Positions 24,256-41,265 of a DNA stretch of 64,000 nucleotides are shown piece after piece. The stretch is taken from assembly GCA_964035545.1 (NCBI GenBank), contig OZ037768.1, positions 9,332,741 through 9,396,740 of the forward strand. The letters run 5' to 3'. The stretch comes from Bugula neritina (lineage: Eukaryota > Animalia > Bryozoa). The translations under genes and the position numbers were made by a program. Position 1 is the stretch's first letter. Every line of letters begins with the position of its first letter. The notes beneath the pieces are model-generated. The model made no database searches. It worked only from the letters and a program-made list of their open reading frames with translations, and was not told the origin of the DNA.

Positions 24256-24762
24256 ACGTGATATGCTAAACAACCATCAGCAATAACAAATTTACAAGAT
24301 GTCCAGAACAGCTTACTGCAGACTATCACGCTTTATTTACCCTTCTCCTAGCCAACACAATGAGGGCGGACGTTACGTTCAACGGCGAGAGTAAGGACAA
24401 CTCCAACTACAGAATGCTCAAGTAGTTTTCACATGTACAACTTTCCACCAGCTCGTTGACAAATGATTTCATATTTTTGAATTCAAATGTTGTGAAGAGT
24501 TCATACTATATTTATTAGACAACTATTTCTATAATTAGAAAAACCTTATGCACAGCACTCTTATTTTCTTGGAATATATGTGGTAAAAATTATCGGATGT
24601 GAAAAAATTGTAGTATACAATGCCTTGGTATACTGCAAATTGCCATAACAAAATTTAGTTGCAAAGGAATGTTATATACTTCAAATAACACAAGTGTCTT
24701 TGAATGTTGCACAGTTTATTTTTAAATAAGAGGTTAACAAATAAATTGATTTGATTAACCAA

Positions 24763-27007
<2,245 letters not shown>

Positions 27008-27186
27008 TTTGGTGGCCTGCAACACAAAACATAGAGAAAATTTAACGATTATTTACTATTTATTTCAAATATAAACTAAAGAGTAAATTGAAAAAAATGC
27101 TAATAAACGTATGATGTTAGCAATACAATAAAAGGAACATAGATAATTTTCCCATTCGTAAATTAATAAACAGTCATATTACTTAC

Positions 27187-27200
27187 CAATGAGAAAAGGA
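27187..27200 (-). promoter_or_regulatory. RPL10 TCT initiator / 5'TOP non-coding first exon
   Basis: Minus strand TCCTTTTCTCATTG|GTAAGT: pyrimidine tract directly followed by a perfect donor, typical of ribosomal protein genes. Confidence 0.75.
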
Positions 27201-28341
27201 CGAAACAGGATGTGGTGTCCAAGTACTGAAAGTAATATTACTCTTACAGTAACGTATTTGAAAATTTGTTCAGCGTTATAAAGTTAAAAAAATTTAGCAA
27301 TACATTTTTTACTAAAAAGTAAATTTAAAATACATTCATTTTAAAATTGTTATTGATCTTTTTTCTTAAAAGGCATTAGCAAAGACAACTCCCTAACAAT
27401 TAATTCAATGAAAGGTCATAAGGCTAATTATCTTGTTATGTGAGCATATCCTTGGTAAAACTAAAACCTAACAAAGCAAAACAAAAATATTTTAAAAAAA
27501 TAAAATTATTTTTTGAACAATTTTTAATTATTATATTCATTTGCATTTTAGGCATACAACATTATTGAGTGGTAATTCTAAAATTATTGTGAAGACACCT
27601 TTTAAAAGTTGACATCTATACAATACTTTTTTTCTTATTCTTCATCTACATGTAAATGTTAAATTCTGATGAGATAGTTTACTGGTTCTTTGCTAAAGAA
27701 AGGTCTAGTATTTAGCATATATTATATAGAAAGGTTTTAAAAGATATGGGAAGATAAAAGGATAGAGGTTGTCGTACTATGTTGAGGAAAAGAGGAGGGT
27801 TGCCTTTTAATTTGAAGTTTTTTCATCAGCAGGCTTTCGTAGAGCAATGATGATTTGCAATATATAATATTTTTATCAATTTCGGAGTTATTTTTCTTCT
27901 AACAAAGCAATCGTCAAAAACATGAAAATGCTGTAGCGTTACACTCACGTGATAATTAACAACGTTGAGGTCTCAACTGAGTTAAATGGAGTTATTTGAT
28001 AACTTTGGAAGAACGGTAGCGCGCTTTAACATAGCGAATTAAATGTACTTGTTAATTAAATTCCGATACGATACGACAAAAGAAATAGCGAAGATTTAGC
28101 TGAAATAAATAGAGAAGTCAATGCCCTTCAATAATAATATTGGGAGTTTCCAATGGAATAACATTTATATAAATGCTTATCACTATCAGTATGAATATCA
28201 CTATGGGCTATGGCTATATCAATATGCTGCTATTACTAGTACTACTATAGTATTAATTATAAAATATATAGTTCTACATGAACTTAAAATCATAGTGATA
28301 GTCATAGTGATAGTCAGCTGGGTGTGGGTGTTTGAAATTAA

Positions 28342-28738
28342 CCCTTTCATGCGCAGCGTCCACAGGTGTGGACGCTGCCCTTGTTGCACTAAAACAGCTT
28401 AAAATTTTGATATTTCACATTTTCTAATAAGTTATTCAGCATTGTTAAAGGGTTTTTTATTCTACTATAAAATAACTTTGTGTAAAAAGATCAAGGTAAA
28501 CTTATTAAAAGAAAGTTTCGAGTTGCTGTTTCACTTGCAAGCTTTCCTTGTTTTCCCTCGTAGACTATTTCTATAGTAAATGCATGGCGTCCACCTATGT
28601 GGATACTAATCTTTTTTCGCATCTACTGGGTGAAAATTGAAAAAAGTTGTAAATTTATGTTTAGAGACATGAAATCAATTATATTCAGCAAAAATATTTA
28701 GAAATTTGCTGTTAAAAGATAATTCATGCATGAAAGGG
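28342..28738. mobile_element. piggyBac-like MITE (397 bp)
   Basis: TTAA|CCCTTTCATGC ... GCATGAAAGGG|TTAA; internal repeated GCGTCCAC..GTGGA palindromes. Confidence 0.85.
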
Positions 28739-30646
28739 TTAAATTCAATAATAATATTAATAATATCAATATGATGATAGAATTTAATTAAATCATAAAA
28801 TAAAAATAAAATTAAACGCTCTAGACTTACTCTTAAAGTTACAGTTAGTGTTACTAGTAGTAGTTAGTTACTGTTAGTGTTGGGCTCACATTCACATTGG
28901 TTTTGTATTGAATTTCAATTTGATGAGGTTTTTACGGTGGGGGTGACACTGACAGTGACTGAGAGTGGACCAGACTACAGTAACAGTAGTTGTCTAATTA
29001 TAAGTATAATCAATATCATAATGAATTTGTACACATATCATGATTGTTCATGACTTCATGTTGCCCGAACTCCAAACTTAAGATCCCCGGACCGCTGCAC
29101 ACAGTCACCCCAACTTGCCACTGGCTGCCACTTGACTTGGTGCTGCTTTAAGCGATTTTCATAAAGTTGTGCCTAGATCATTTCAAGTTTAACTTTAAGC
29201 TCAAGTTTATTACTATTAGCGTTGGTATTACTATTACTATTAGTATTATAGTTAACTTGAACTTTAAGTAAAAGCTTGACTTATTTACTTCTGTTAAACT
29301 CAGTCACCATGACTATAGCATAGGCATAAGGCATCAACTCAGACTTAGAGTAACCACCACCTTAAAATTTGTACTATAACTATAAGTCTTACTATTAGTA
29401 TAATTGTATAAACTAACTAAAAACTGTTTTTCGTGCACAGGTTTACAAACATTAATATGGCGCTAAATCAACATTATAAAAGAATAACCTTTAGCAGTTA
29501 GAAACTGTCACTTTAAATTCTGATGGAGATAGTCACCATCATGGTTATTGAAAAACTAGCAAGCACTTGGTGTTTTCAGTTTTCACATCACTTTCATGAA
29601 CATATCCATTCCCCACATCTTAATTGAATAAACAGAAAACATTTGAAAGAGTCCAAATTATTTTGTGTTTATTCTGTTTTTTTAACCATAACTTAATTTA
29701 TTATATAAAAAATAACCATGGAAATTAATTAAGCATAGGTTATTGCTGTTTATGATTAAATTAGTGCAGCACTAATTTTAAACATAAATTGTCAAATTTA
29801 GTAGAACTGCTTAAAAAGACATAGCTCATATTGTAAAAATAAATTTCATTTTCAGTGAAATTCCTTAAACAGGTTCTTAAAACATTGAATTTTTAACATC
29901 TATGTAAAATTGATATACTCAAGAAAAATGCTTGAGCACTGTTAAAGTCATTAGACTTCATAAATAATTGACTGTGCAATATATAAAATGTTACTCTACC
30001 AATAATTTTGATTGCTTTACAAAAAATATTGCTAATGCTAGCTTTGCTGCTGCAAGTATATATAACTATTTACATAAAATTTACATATGAGCCTACAAAA
30101 TGGTATAAATAGCAACTTGCAATGGTTATTCACTTATTCTTACAGTTAGTGTTTCAGTGGCTTCTGTGTTATAAATATCTAAAGTAATGTCTCAGCATAA
30201 GTTGTTCACCCATTATAAATTATGGCAAACTCTTCATAAAATTGTAATCTAGTTGCTGGAAATTTCATCATAATAAGTTCTATGACATCCCCAATGTTTT
30301 ATAAATTACAGTACAACTATAAATGAATACTGTAATATCAGACTTCCAACTATTATTTACAATAATAGTGTAAATACATATGCAAACATGCTTTAACAAA
30401 ATTAGTTCACTGTGCCTGCATTTGTCCTATTACCGTCTGCCATATCTACTTTTTTCCTACTTCAGTTTTTTTCACCTCAAGAGTGCAGCTGATGTTCAAC
30501 TACACAAAGCTATTAGTAATAGATTTGGCTATATAGAAATATGGTTTTACCAGTTCTGTAAGATATATTGTTTAAATTGTTGTCAAATAAATGTTAATAT
30601 TGCAGAATATTGGACTGCTAGTTCTGACTGAAGCTGTTCTATTACT

Positions 30647-33600
30647 ATGAGTTTAGGTAAGTTATTGGGTTTCAATAGCACATTAACTCATAACATTATA
30701 TTATAAAATTTATTATTATTGTTTTTGTCTAGTTTTAGTCATGTCCAAATCCAATTACCAAATAAAGTAGTAATTGTTGAAAAAGTGTTTTAATAAAATT
30801 ATGCACACAATCTAACAGGGTTAGGGTAATTGTAATTGGCTGTAATTAATTACATTTTTTCAAGTAATTGAATGTAATTTGTAATTGATGTATAAAAATG
30901 TAATTGTAATTTATTACATAGCTAATGTAATTGATTTTTACAATTATTTTATAATTACATAACAATTACTTCAAGTTTTCAAATCTTATCAAATTTATAC
31001 TTTTCCCACCATGCCTACTGGTTAATAAAAAGTTCAGATTAGTTCAATATAGTATTGTATCACCCTATTAATCACTGTTGAGAACAAAGGAGGTTTTTTC
31101 GCTGTCAAAATTGCCCCAGATAGTTGGACCACAGAAGTGAGATTATATAACTTCTATTTGTCACAACAAAAGTAATTGTAATTAATTACATTACCATGTA
31201 ATTGTAATTAATTACATTAATTTTAACTGTAATTATAATTGTAATTGTCAAATTTTCGTGTAATTGTAATTGATTACATTCCTATGTAATTGAACCCAAC
31301 CCTGCAATCTAATATATCATTTTAAATGATCGAATTCATTATATGTGTAAGCTGAAATCAGGAATTAAAATTAACCTTAGCATTAGTGACAGTCGCCTAA
31401 TATTTGACTTGTAGAACATACAAGAATGTGATATAACTTTTCTGTTCATTAGACCAATATTTTAATTGACTACCAGAGTTTTTTTAGTAAGTAAATCCAT
31501 TGGTTTGTTGTTATTTAGCTTAAAACCAGTATTTCTAACACTTCATAATGTTTTTTACATATGCAAAATATCTTAATTCCACATAACTGGCTTGATGCTT
31601 GAAGTGTGTGTTGCAAGGATTGTTCTAAACACACATTATTTCTTCAAAAAAGTCTCAATCCTGCAAGTCTGTAGTAAGATTTAAGTTTAACGTCTTTTAC
31701 AAGTTTTATGATAACCAGCTTTTCTGAGACCAGCCAGTAATGGGGTTCATTTGTTGTGTAATTTCATGTTTTATTTTGTCCAGAGAGCAGCTCATATGAC
31801 TCTGAGCGGCAGAATCTACTCTCTCGACTTATAGATGCTACTAAAGAGGTAAGTGTGTTTCAAGTTTACTTTATAGAAAAAGCTCTTTCTGCATGGAAAG
31901 CATATCTACTAGAACGGCTGATCATTTAAAAATAGTATGTATAATAGTAATTTTTTCTATATAGTAAATATTACTAAACTGATGCTTATTTAATGTAGTG
32001 TCAGCTGAGATTTGGTGGCAAAGGTGAACTAGCTACAGAGAATGACAGCAGGTAATAATACAATGATATAATATAATATTTTTTAGTCGATTATGCTGTA
32101 TTCTTTCATCAATATCAACATGTTCAACCAATTTTCTTACTTTTGTGAAGTTTAAAACTCTAATAGTTTTCAGTGCAAGTTTTTCCACTGCTTCATCAAA
32201 TCAACTTTTAAGTTGAGATAATCGAGCCTAAAAGTCAATTAGCATAGCAGTCAATCTTTCTGGGTAAACAGCTGGTGCACTGGATAAGGTTGTGCTCTAC
32301 AGTCTATTCTGTTGGAAAAGTTTGTTTTAGTAAAACTTACCCCTACTATAAGCAGAATTTACGAGACACAATACTTACATTAATATAATTGTTGCACGTC
32401 ATTTTTAGTAATTGAAATGATTATTCTTGGTGGTATTATATTTATATAAATTTTGTTTTTCAGAGTAGCAATATTGTGCACTGCGTGGGAGAATTGCTTG
32501 AAGCATGGTCTCAAACCTATCAATCGGGCTCGTGTGGCTCTCAAGTATGTTAATTATATTAATATTAGCTTCTTCGTTTACCTTCTACAGTACAATCAGT
32601 ACAACCAAACCAAGCTGCAGTTGGTTAGATTGTACTGATGAACCATGTAAGCAATTCTACAGATTTTATGAAGTTTCATTGTTTTATCTGTAAAAATAAA
32701 CTTGTTTCATAATTCATTACAGACAAATGTCAGAATTCACGGGACTCTCCAAGTTTAAATCCGGTATCTTAGGAGAAATAAATGACTTTGAGATTGAGCC
32801 AGGTAATTTATTTTATAGTCTTTGTTATGTTTTTGGTATTTGCTATAATTATTAATGTTAACTGTTTGTTTTAAGCCTAATAAATTAAATGTTAAGCATT
32901 TTATTTCTTCGAAAAAAAAAACTATATAAACAATATATGAAGTATGTATTCAGAAAGCTTCTATGTATTGTTGAGATTATATGTGATTATTTCACTCATA
33001 TACTAGGCATAATATCGTAACCAGCATATATTCATACTAATTTATACACTTTTATCAGCGTTCTGGCATATGATACGAGAGACATTAGGCAAACATGAAT
33101 CCGAGAGGTATCTGCTTCTTAAGCATGTTAGCAATGACACAGGAAGAGGAAGGGCGTGGCTTCGATCTTGTCTTAATGAGAAATCTTTAGAGAAACATAT
33201 CAATGGTCTCAAGTCAAACACTAAGCTCATCAGGTCAGTTTGATACTTCAATATTAGGTAGAATTTCAGGATACTTCATCGTAGTTTTTGTGTTGCAGTT
33301 GTATTCTGATGATCTATTTTTATCTTTTAGTCAGTTCTATGAAGACTGGGCACTACTAAAAGACCAACAGCGATTCATTTTATTAGCTAATATGGCATCT
33401 GGTAAGATATCCCACTCAAAAGGCATATTGCATAAATATTATATAATATACTAGTAATACTACTAACTACTATGATTCAACAAGCCATTGTTCTTTTCCA
33501 GTCTTCTATAATTTTATAAAGCTTCTAGTAACCATATATATGTTAATAAAGATAAAGCGGCACATCAAACGCAATAATTTAATATAATGCAGTCCTAATT

Positions 33601-36600
33601 GAGTTATGTGCAATTAATTCAGTATATGTTCCCTCGTTACCAATGGTGTGCTTATTAAACATGCAGGCATTGCTTAAATACATGTGAATCAATATAAAAA
33701 CTACATATTCCAATGTTTGCTGTTGTTGGTGGTCTAGTTGTGTAAATCTTGATTTTATGCCAAATATAATTAATACCATGATATATGTACTGACCAAAGT
33801 GCACTGAACTCAATTCTCACTATTACTTGCTGTTTATTTTATATAGAAATGCACAAACAGTATAAATTGTAGGCCTTGGATCTGTGCTGTTTGCCATTAC
33901 CATAGACTGTGAAGATATTAATAAGACAACCTCCAGCTCAACTTCCTCAGGGGCCGCTGCTAAGCCCGCTGCTTCTAGCAGCTCTAGTTTTATTAAATTC
34001 AACAATATTTTTTCAACATTCCAAAAAACAGATACTCGTCCTCTCTCAGCTTCTGGCAGTGAAGCAATTGGTTAGTTATTAATGAGAGTTATTTAAGAGT
34101 TATTGCTTGTAGTATCTTCATAATCGCGTATGTTATGTTTGTATATTATGTTTGTATGTCTGTGTGTGTCTGTGTTGTGCCTGTAGATGTCTGAGTGTTA
34201 CGTTTGTATATCTGTGTTGTGTGTGTGCGTGTGTGCATCATTATGCACAATCAATTTTTTATCTTGAACACAAAAGGTGAGAATTTCATTACTATATCAC
34301 AGCTGTTGTTAGTTGTGAATTGTGCTTCATACACACTATGAATATTTTAGAAATTTATACAGCATTTATGTGATCTGCAATTAATATTTTGTTTACTCCT
34401 TCAACTATAGATGTATTTTCTAGCCATTCCAGAACTAAAACAACAAAATCACAGTAGAAAAGCAGCTAAGATTGTATCATTCAACGATTCTGATGATGAA
34501 GAGAATGGTGTTGGGGTAGACAACTCCGAATCAGTTGCTTCTTCGTCCAAACCTTCTCTACAGCGAAATGAAAGCAAAGTGTCTCTAGGCAGTGACAACA
34601 GTATTCTTCTCTCCTCTATTGATGAGTGAGTATCATCTTGCACACGGGAGTGTTAAACAGCTGCCATGTTTGTTTTGTTATTATTTAGTGCTGACCAACA
34701 ATAAATTTTTTTATCGTCAAGTAATTTTGATTTTAGTGAAAATATTTCCCCCTCATTTACACCATTGGCACCATCTGGCCTTCCGTTGAATCTGGAAGAC
34801 GGGGATGATGCTTCAGTTGATTCTGACGTTCCAAGCATATCCTGTTCATGGAATGATGAGTCGGCTAATGCGTTATCTCTTGCCACAAAAACTAGAAGGT
34901 ACTTTCACATAGCCTAATACTCTTGTATCTATAATAAGCAAAGAATTCATCTACTGTTACCTGTTTAGGCAAAGTTATTAGAAATCACAGCTTATTGTTA
35001 TAATTTTCCAGAATTATAATATTGTGGGTATTTATGTATGCTTCCAATTACTGCATCCCTGATGTGTTATGTAATCAAACCAAGTGTAAGTGAGAACCGT
35101 GAGAATAAGAGATATATATTTAGAAACAAGATACAAGAAATAAAAGGTTTACATGAGTTATAGAACAGAGCAAGAAACAAGTGTTTAAAGGATTTCTCAA
35201 TCTTAGTTTATTACAATCACATAATAATTATGAACTATAATCTAATGTGTATGCAAACAATTGTGACTTTGCAAAGGGATATGTGCCTAGAAAACAGCTT
35301 TTCAAAATTCCAATTTTGAGGGAGGTAAAATTTTCAGCCATGAAAAAGAATAGCCTAATACGTGACGTGTGAACGCCAGTAACTATGCTGCACGTGCTAA
35401 CTATAACGCTAGTATTCAAGGTTGCTGAGCACAACATCAACCAATAACGCTCAAGCAATTACAGTGCGCTATCTAGGTCAGCTTTGATGTGCCCGTAATA
35501 TTGCACAATCTGACCTAGTTTAGATCGATCGCAGGCATTCATCCTAAAGAATGCATGTTTTTGCAATGCTTTTTTCTAATGTTTACAAGCAAAATATGGC
35601 CTAATGTTATCACATACATGTTATTTAAAATGTCAAAAAACTATAGATTGAGATAATTCACATTTGCACTTCTATAAATATACAAATTACGAGCTGAAAG
35701 ATCACATCTCACAGTCATATTTCTATAGTTATTCATTTGTATAGTCACGTGACCAGCAGGAATGCTGGCGCTGTTACGTCACATTTCCCAGCTCATTTCA
35801 AAATCGGCGTTTTGGCTGTTACCAATCTACACCCTCAACTTCAACTAACTTTTTCTACCTTTGGTCAAATGCTTTTTGTCAATGCATGCTTAGAAAAACA
35901 CAATATTATGTGTGTTTGACCTAAATGGCCATTTATTAGACAAGATAGAGCAATCCTTTAAGTGTATACTGTCAGCCTAGCCGGTCTATTGAGCGCGCCG
36001 GAAGGCACTACTTATAAGAGAGTTGATCACGTGTCTTCCCTACAGCTGATTGGATCGCATCTTGTTATTACGTGCCAGTCACGTTACCTCTCCGCATACC
36101 AAATGGAGGGACTAATAGAAGAGCGTCATGACTATAACTAATATGTAATAGGGTATTAGGACTTCACTTCCGATAGCCATTACCTTATTATAGATACAAC
36201 TAAATATAGACCTACTGGTTGTTGAACTGCTTGAAATCTGTTTGTATTGTTTACAGTGAATCATTTATCAGAACGCAAGGTGATGGTAGCTCACTGCCTG
36301 AGGAGAGAAAAAACACAACAGAAACAATGTCTAATGGTGAGAGCTTGATGGCTATTTGTTCTGTAAGATTAAACCAATGTGATTGTATTAAAGTACATCA
36401 CATAATCTTCAGTTAATGTCACTATGGATAGGTGTTTCTGTTACAGCTGAGCTCAAACAAGCAATGGTTACTATGATGATGAAGAAAGATGAAATTGAAG
36501 ATCGAAATGGGTGGGTTTTATTATTTGTATGCTTTTAAGCAGTTGAATGTTCTATTTATAACTGTTTGCATTTTACCTAAAATAACACATTAATTATGCA

Positions 36601-39600
36601 TCAAAATGTGTTTTGCATAATCCTAGGGTTCTGAAGTCCATGCTGGAACAAGAAGAGCAGTATACGAAGGGGCTGAGAGAAGAGCTTACTCAGCTCACTA
36701 AGAAGTACGAAGAACAAGCACTGAGAGATCAGACTAAAGTGCAATCTGTTACCAAGTATGTCTGACTTTACGTGACTTGAATAGAGTAAAATATGCTCTG
36801 CTACACTCTGTATATTAGTTATGTGTGTATATGTATTGAAAGTTATATATAAGTTGCATTTTAACTTAAATTTTCTTTGTCTGATTCACAGAGACAATGC
36901 CCTGTTGAAACACCAGTTGAAGAAATATATAACAGCTGTTCAAATGCTCAGAAGAGATGGACCTAATGCCGAAAGTGAGTATGCTATAAACTTAATGGTT
37001 GTATTATGTGTATGGTCGTACTATTATGCAGTATTTGTATGTTTGTGTTGAACTATAAAATTCGAAGTTATATTACTGGGGAATTTCATTGAATGCGATG
37101 ATTATTCCAGTAATTATTTAAAACTCTTTCTCGGTTTTTGTGTAAGGAATACACCAATATACTGTGTTTACTATAAGTTGCTGTCACAGCAAAGTGTTAA
37201 GCTTATGTTGTTTATGAACCAGTTATGATATTTTTTAACCTGAAGTTCAGGCTTCTCATGTTAACCCCATGAGAAAGTTATGTAATGTTGCCTTTCATTT
37301 CAGATCTTGGAATTCATTTAGACGAGCAACCGTTGCCCACCATTACTCCATCTGCTTTAGAAGAAACTACGAACCACGAGGCAACAGAGTATCGCAGAAA
37401 ACTTATTCAGGTAAAAGAAGTCAATTGAAACAAAATTTCAAGAATAAATTTAATGCTTCAGTAGTTTTAGTTGGACTAAACGGAGCTCCCCATATTTTCT
37501 TTGAATGATTGAGTTTTTATAATCTTAGCATATGAAAACATGAAGGAAGGTTATATGACTTTGTCTAATATATTTCACCAGGGATCCTAAAATCTCACGA
37601 TAATAACAATGCTAATTACTGTGACCTAATTATTATATGAGTTGCAGTTTTATTTGGAAAATTAAATGGATAATATAGTGCAATCCTTCACCAACATGAC
37701 CCAATAAATAAACTCAACAAATATTTACTGCTCAAGCTATAAAATCAGTACACTAAGTTTGTGTTAAAGCATAAAATGACTGATAGAAAAAGCATAATTT
37801 TAAAATAATATTTTGTGCTAGTGCTACACTGTCTGTTGCCGCATTTGTTTAACTGCCTGGTAAAATAATCTAGCATATAATGGCACCAGCAGAGTAAAAT
37901 ATATCACAGCTATTTACATTAGCTGTTACATTCAAAAATTAGATGGATTTATACTTGTTTGTCAGTTCATCATAGTTTTGTCTGCTGAATCTGCTTGTTG
38001 TATTTAGTTACACCCTCGTAAAAATATAAGAGCCAAGTAACACGGTTGTTTGAATTACATTGATTAATTGTTCAGAGTATCAAGTGTAACATTATTTTAC
38101 AAGTTCTTTCTTCAGTTCTAAAGTTTGATCGTACTGATTTGTTTTAATTTTAAGCAAATTATCTCCCACCAGCCTAAATAAATATACATTGCTGCACTCT
38201 ACTCACAGGTTGCGGAGATGCATGGTGAGCTTATGGAATTCAATGAGCATTTGCAGCGTCAACTTCTTCAGAAAGAGGCTTCTCTTAAGAAATTGACTTC
38301 GGAACTCGTTGAGTTGCGAGGACCTGTAAGCTGTCAATTGGTTTATTCAATAAATTTGATATTTCTAATGCTTTAATATTTCAAAATTAATTTGAATGCT
38401 ATGCTATAACTCTACTTTAAACTGTGTTTTAGTGAACTGCTTCTATAGTATGGCGTATTTCTATGAATTACACATATTTACATCTTCCTTAAAATACCTT
38501 AGAAGAAAATTAATATAACAATAAGGAGTTGTGTGTTTTATTGCAGCTACCAACTGATGTTAGCAGCTCATTACAAGACAGTTATGGTGTCAGTGGCAGC
38601 AGGTGAAAATCGACTGCAGTACTATCAGTTTCTGAACTACTTTTGGTTTTTACAACTTGAAAAAATTTCATCTCAGCAGTTTATGTTTTAATCCTTGTGT
38701 CTGTTTAAAACATCATGAGTTTGAAAATGCAAACTTTTAATGTTTAGTAAGATATTGCAAAATAAATAATAACCTGAACATTACAGTTACTACAATCATT
38801 AGTTGATGAAAAGCAGAGAGTATTGCTGATGATTAATAATAAAATATTTTAGCTGCGAAAAAGTGACTGCTAGGTGATGCACAGTAATTTTTCTCTGACC
38901 ATGGGATTGTTATATAATTTTTAAAGTTGCATTCAATTATCTTTGAAATATTTTTCAAATAATTCATATAGACAGCTGTTTACCAACGTTTAAATTTTTT
39001 TCTCAGTGAGTGGCGACCCCTGGTGAATATTTGGATTCCATCAGTCTTTCTTAAAGGATCCAAAAGTTCATCTCACCATGTTTATCAGGTATTTTGTAAT
39101 GTTGTGTATAGAAATATTTCGGAGTGCTTCACATAATTTATAGAAAGATTGTTGATGGCTTCTTATCTTGTATCCTATCTTGCAGGTGTTTTTGAGAATA
39201 AAAGATGACGAATGGAATGTTTATCGTCGGTATTCAGAGTTTTATTCTTTCTTTGTGGCAGTCAAGAAATTATATCCATTAATTGCAACATTTGAGTTTC
39301 CTCCTAAGAAATCTGTTGGAAATAAGGTAAGTTGTGTTTTAGATCACCACTGCATGCAGCTATACTCTCATTAAAATACTATCCTATGTTTTTTATCATC
39401 AGCTGTCTCAGTTAGCTTTGTTGGCAATGTATTTTCAGGAGATGCGTTTTGTTGATGAAAGGCGGAAGAAATTGCAGTTATTTCTGAGGAAAACTATACA
39501 ACACATCGTGTCTGAAGATGAAAACCTTGCCAGCGATTTGTGTAAAGCAAAAATTGTTTCTTGTTTTTCAATGCTGGGGTTAGTTAATTAATTTTGAACA

Positions 39601-39808
39601 TACGTTTTGTAACATTTACGTACCAATACTCTTGCAGACCTATTACTTCAAACTGTTTGTTAATCAACTATTGCTAGTTCATGCTTACTTTGAATGTTTT
39701 AGAGATAACACACAGCCAGAAATCAAAAGTAAAAGATCGAAAGTGAAATCTAGTAAAAGTTCTATAGCAAGCAACAGTGGCTCACCATCTCATTACACTG
39801 GCTTATGA
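30647..39808 (+). CDS. SNX29: Sorting nexin 29 (RUN domain, coiled coil, PX domain), about 21 coding exons
   Basis: ATG AGT TTA G|gt at 30647-30656; exons from 31784 encode RQNLLSRLIDATKECQLRFGGKGELATE, GRGRAWLRSCLNEKSLE, FYEDW, LKHQLKKY, VAEMHGELMEFNE, LVNIWIPSVFL, VYQVFLRIKDDEWNVYRRYSEF, FPPKK; ends HYTGL* at 39808. Confidence 0.93.
30816..31304. mobile_element. hAT-like MITE (489 bp) with TGTAAT/ATTACA subterminal arrays
   Basis: Ends CAGGGTTAGG...CCCAACCCTG; perfect 8-bp TSD CAATCTAA at 30808-30815 and 31305-31312. Confidence 0.88.
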
Positions 39809-41265
39809 TGCACCAACTTTTGCTGTAGGCATATTTATAAGTTTTACTTAAAATTCTAGTTGGGCTAAATTTTTAAACTACAAATGGCAATATTGCTATT
39901 TTCATGCCAAGTGATTACTAAATGGTAGCAACAAAATTTTGTAGTGACACAATTTAAATTATTTGTATTATGAACTATTTGATTTTCAAACTGGTGAAAA
40001 CTGCTCATCAGTTTGAAAAGCCAGAAAGTTGCTACATTAGCCAATCAAGTATATTTATTGGACTGTTAGAATTATTTTAAAATGTTCATCAGTATTTAGA
40101 GTAGATATAAGCCTAATCTAGTTTGGTAAAATTACTTCTAGGTTTGACCCAAGTTTAAACTATAGAATTATAATTAGCAACTGGTAGCCTCAGTATTATT
40201 GGTGCTTTCTGCATAATATTTACTCTGAATCAGAAATTGAGACTAGTCAATACTTACTAAATGATCAAGTTTTTTATAATGTAAAAAATTCAACTATGAA
40301 TAAGTTTTCCTGCAGGTTTATGTATTAAAATTAAATAATAGGTCTTCAGATGTGGCCTATTATAAAACATGTATATTGCAGTATAACAAAAAGATGGTGC
40401 TAAATATTTCAGTTTTACTGTGGGTTGGGTCAAGTTGGTATTTAATTTTTATTGTTGAGACAATGATAGAAATACATAATTACAATGTGTGCCACTACTA
40501 CTATATTTTATAACAATTGATATTATTTTTTCAATCCAGCTTATGACAAGACATTGGTATATTATTGTATTTATAAAAGAATCTTGATTTTTATCAATAC
40601 TAAAAGCAATACTGCAAGATTTTGAATTTGTAATTAAATATACATTATTGAGTATATGAGTCTTAATACATTTATACTTGTTTTTAAATGTTAATTTCTA
40701 TTTTATACACCAATATTGCTGTCCTAATTAGAAATCAACATCACGAGTATGAACCCAATTTACAAGCATTTTCGAGTTTTTACCTAAAATAGCATAACTC
40801 AAATGACATCTTTATAAATGATTTAAATATATGCCATAATTGATTATGTGAGGCCACAATCATTATAAAATAAAACTGATTATGTTTGCCAATAAGAAAT
40901 TAATTTCAACATTAGCCATTGGATAAATCTACCAAAGGATATCTAAAAATAATCTGAGGTTTTTTAAAACAAGTAACACCAAAATATACCTGGAAATGAG
41001 CTTTTGAAAATCTAGAAACTACAAAAATATAAAATTTGGACTAGTACATTAAAAAACCAATAAAAGTTTGTGCTGTCCATAACTAACATAGAGTGGAAAA
41101 ATGGGTGTAGGTGCAGTAATAAGATATTTACAAAAAACTGTCTTCTACAAGAAAAACCTTGCAAACAAGTTTTAACCTGCACCCAAACTAAAATTTACAG
41201 AAGCAATCCTAGAACTAGAGCTATTGAAACTTCTCCTTTGCTGCACCTGAATGAAAAATAGGAGG

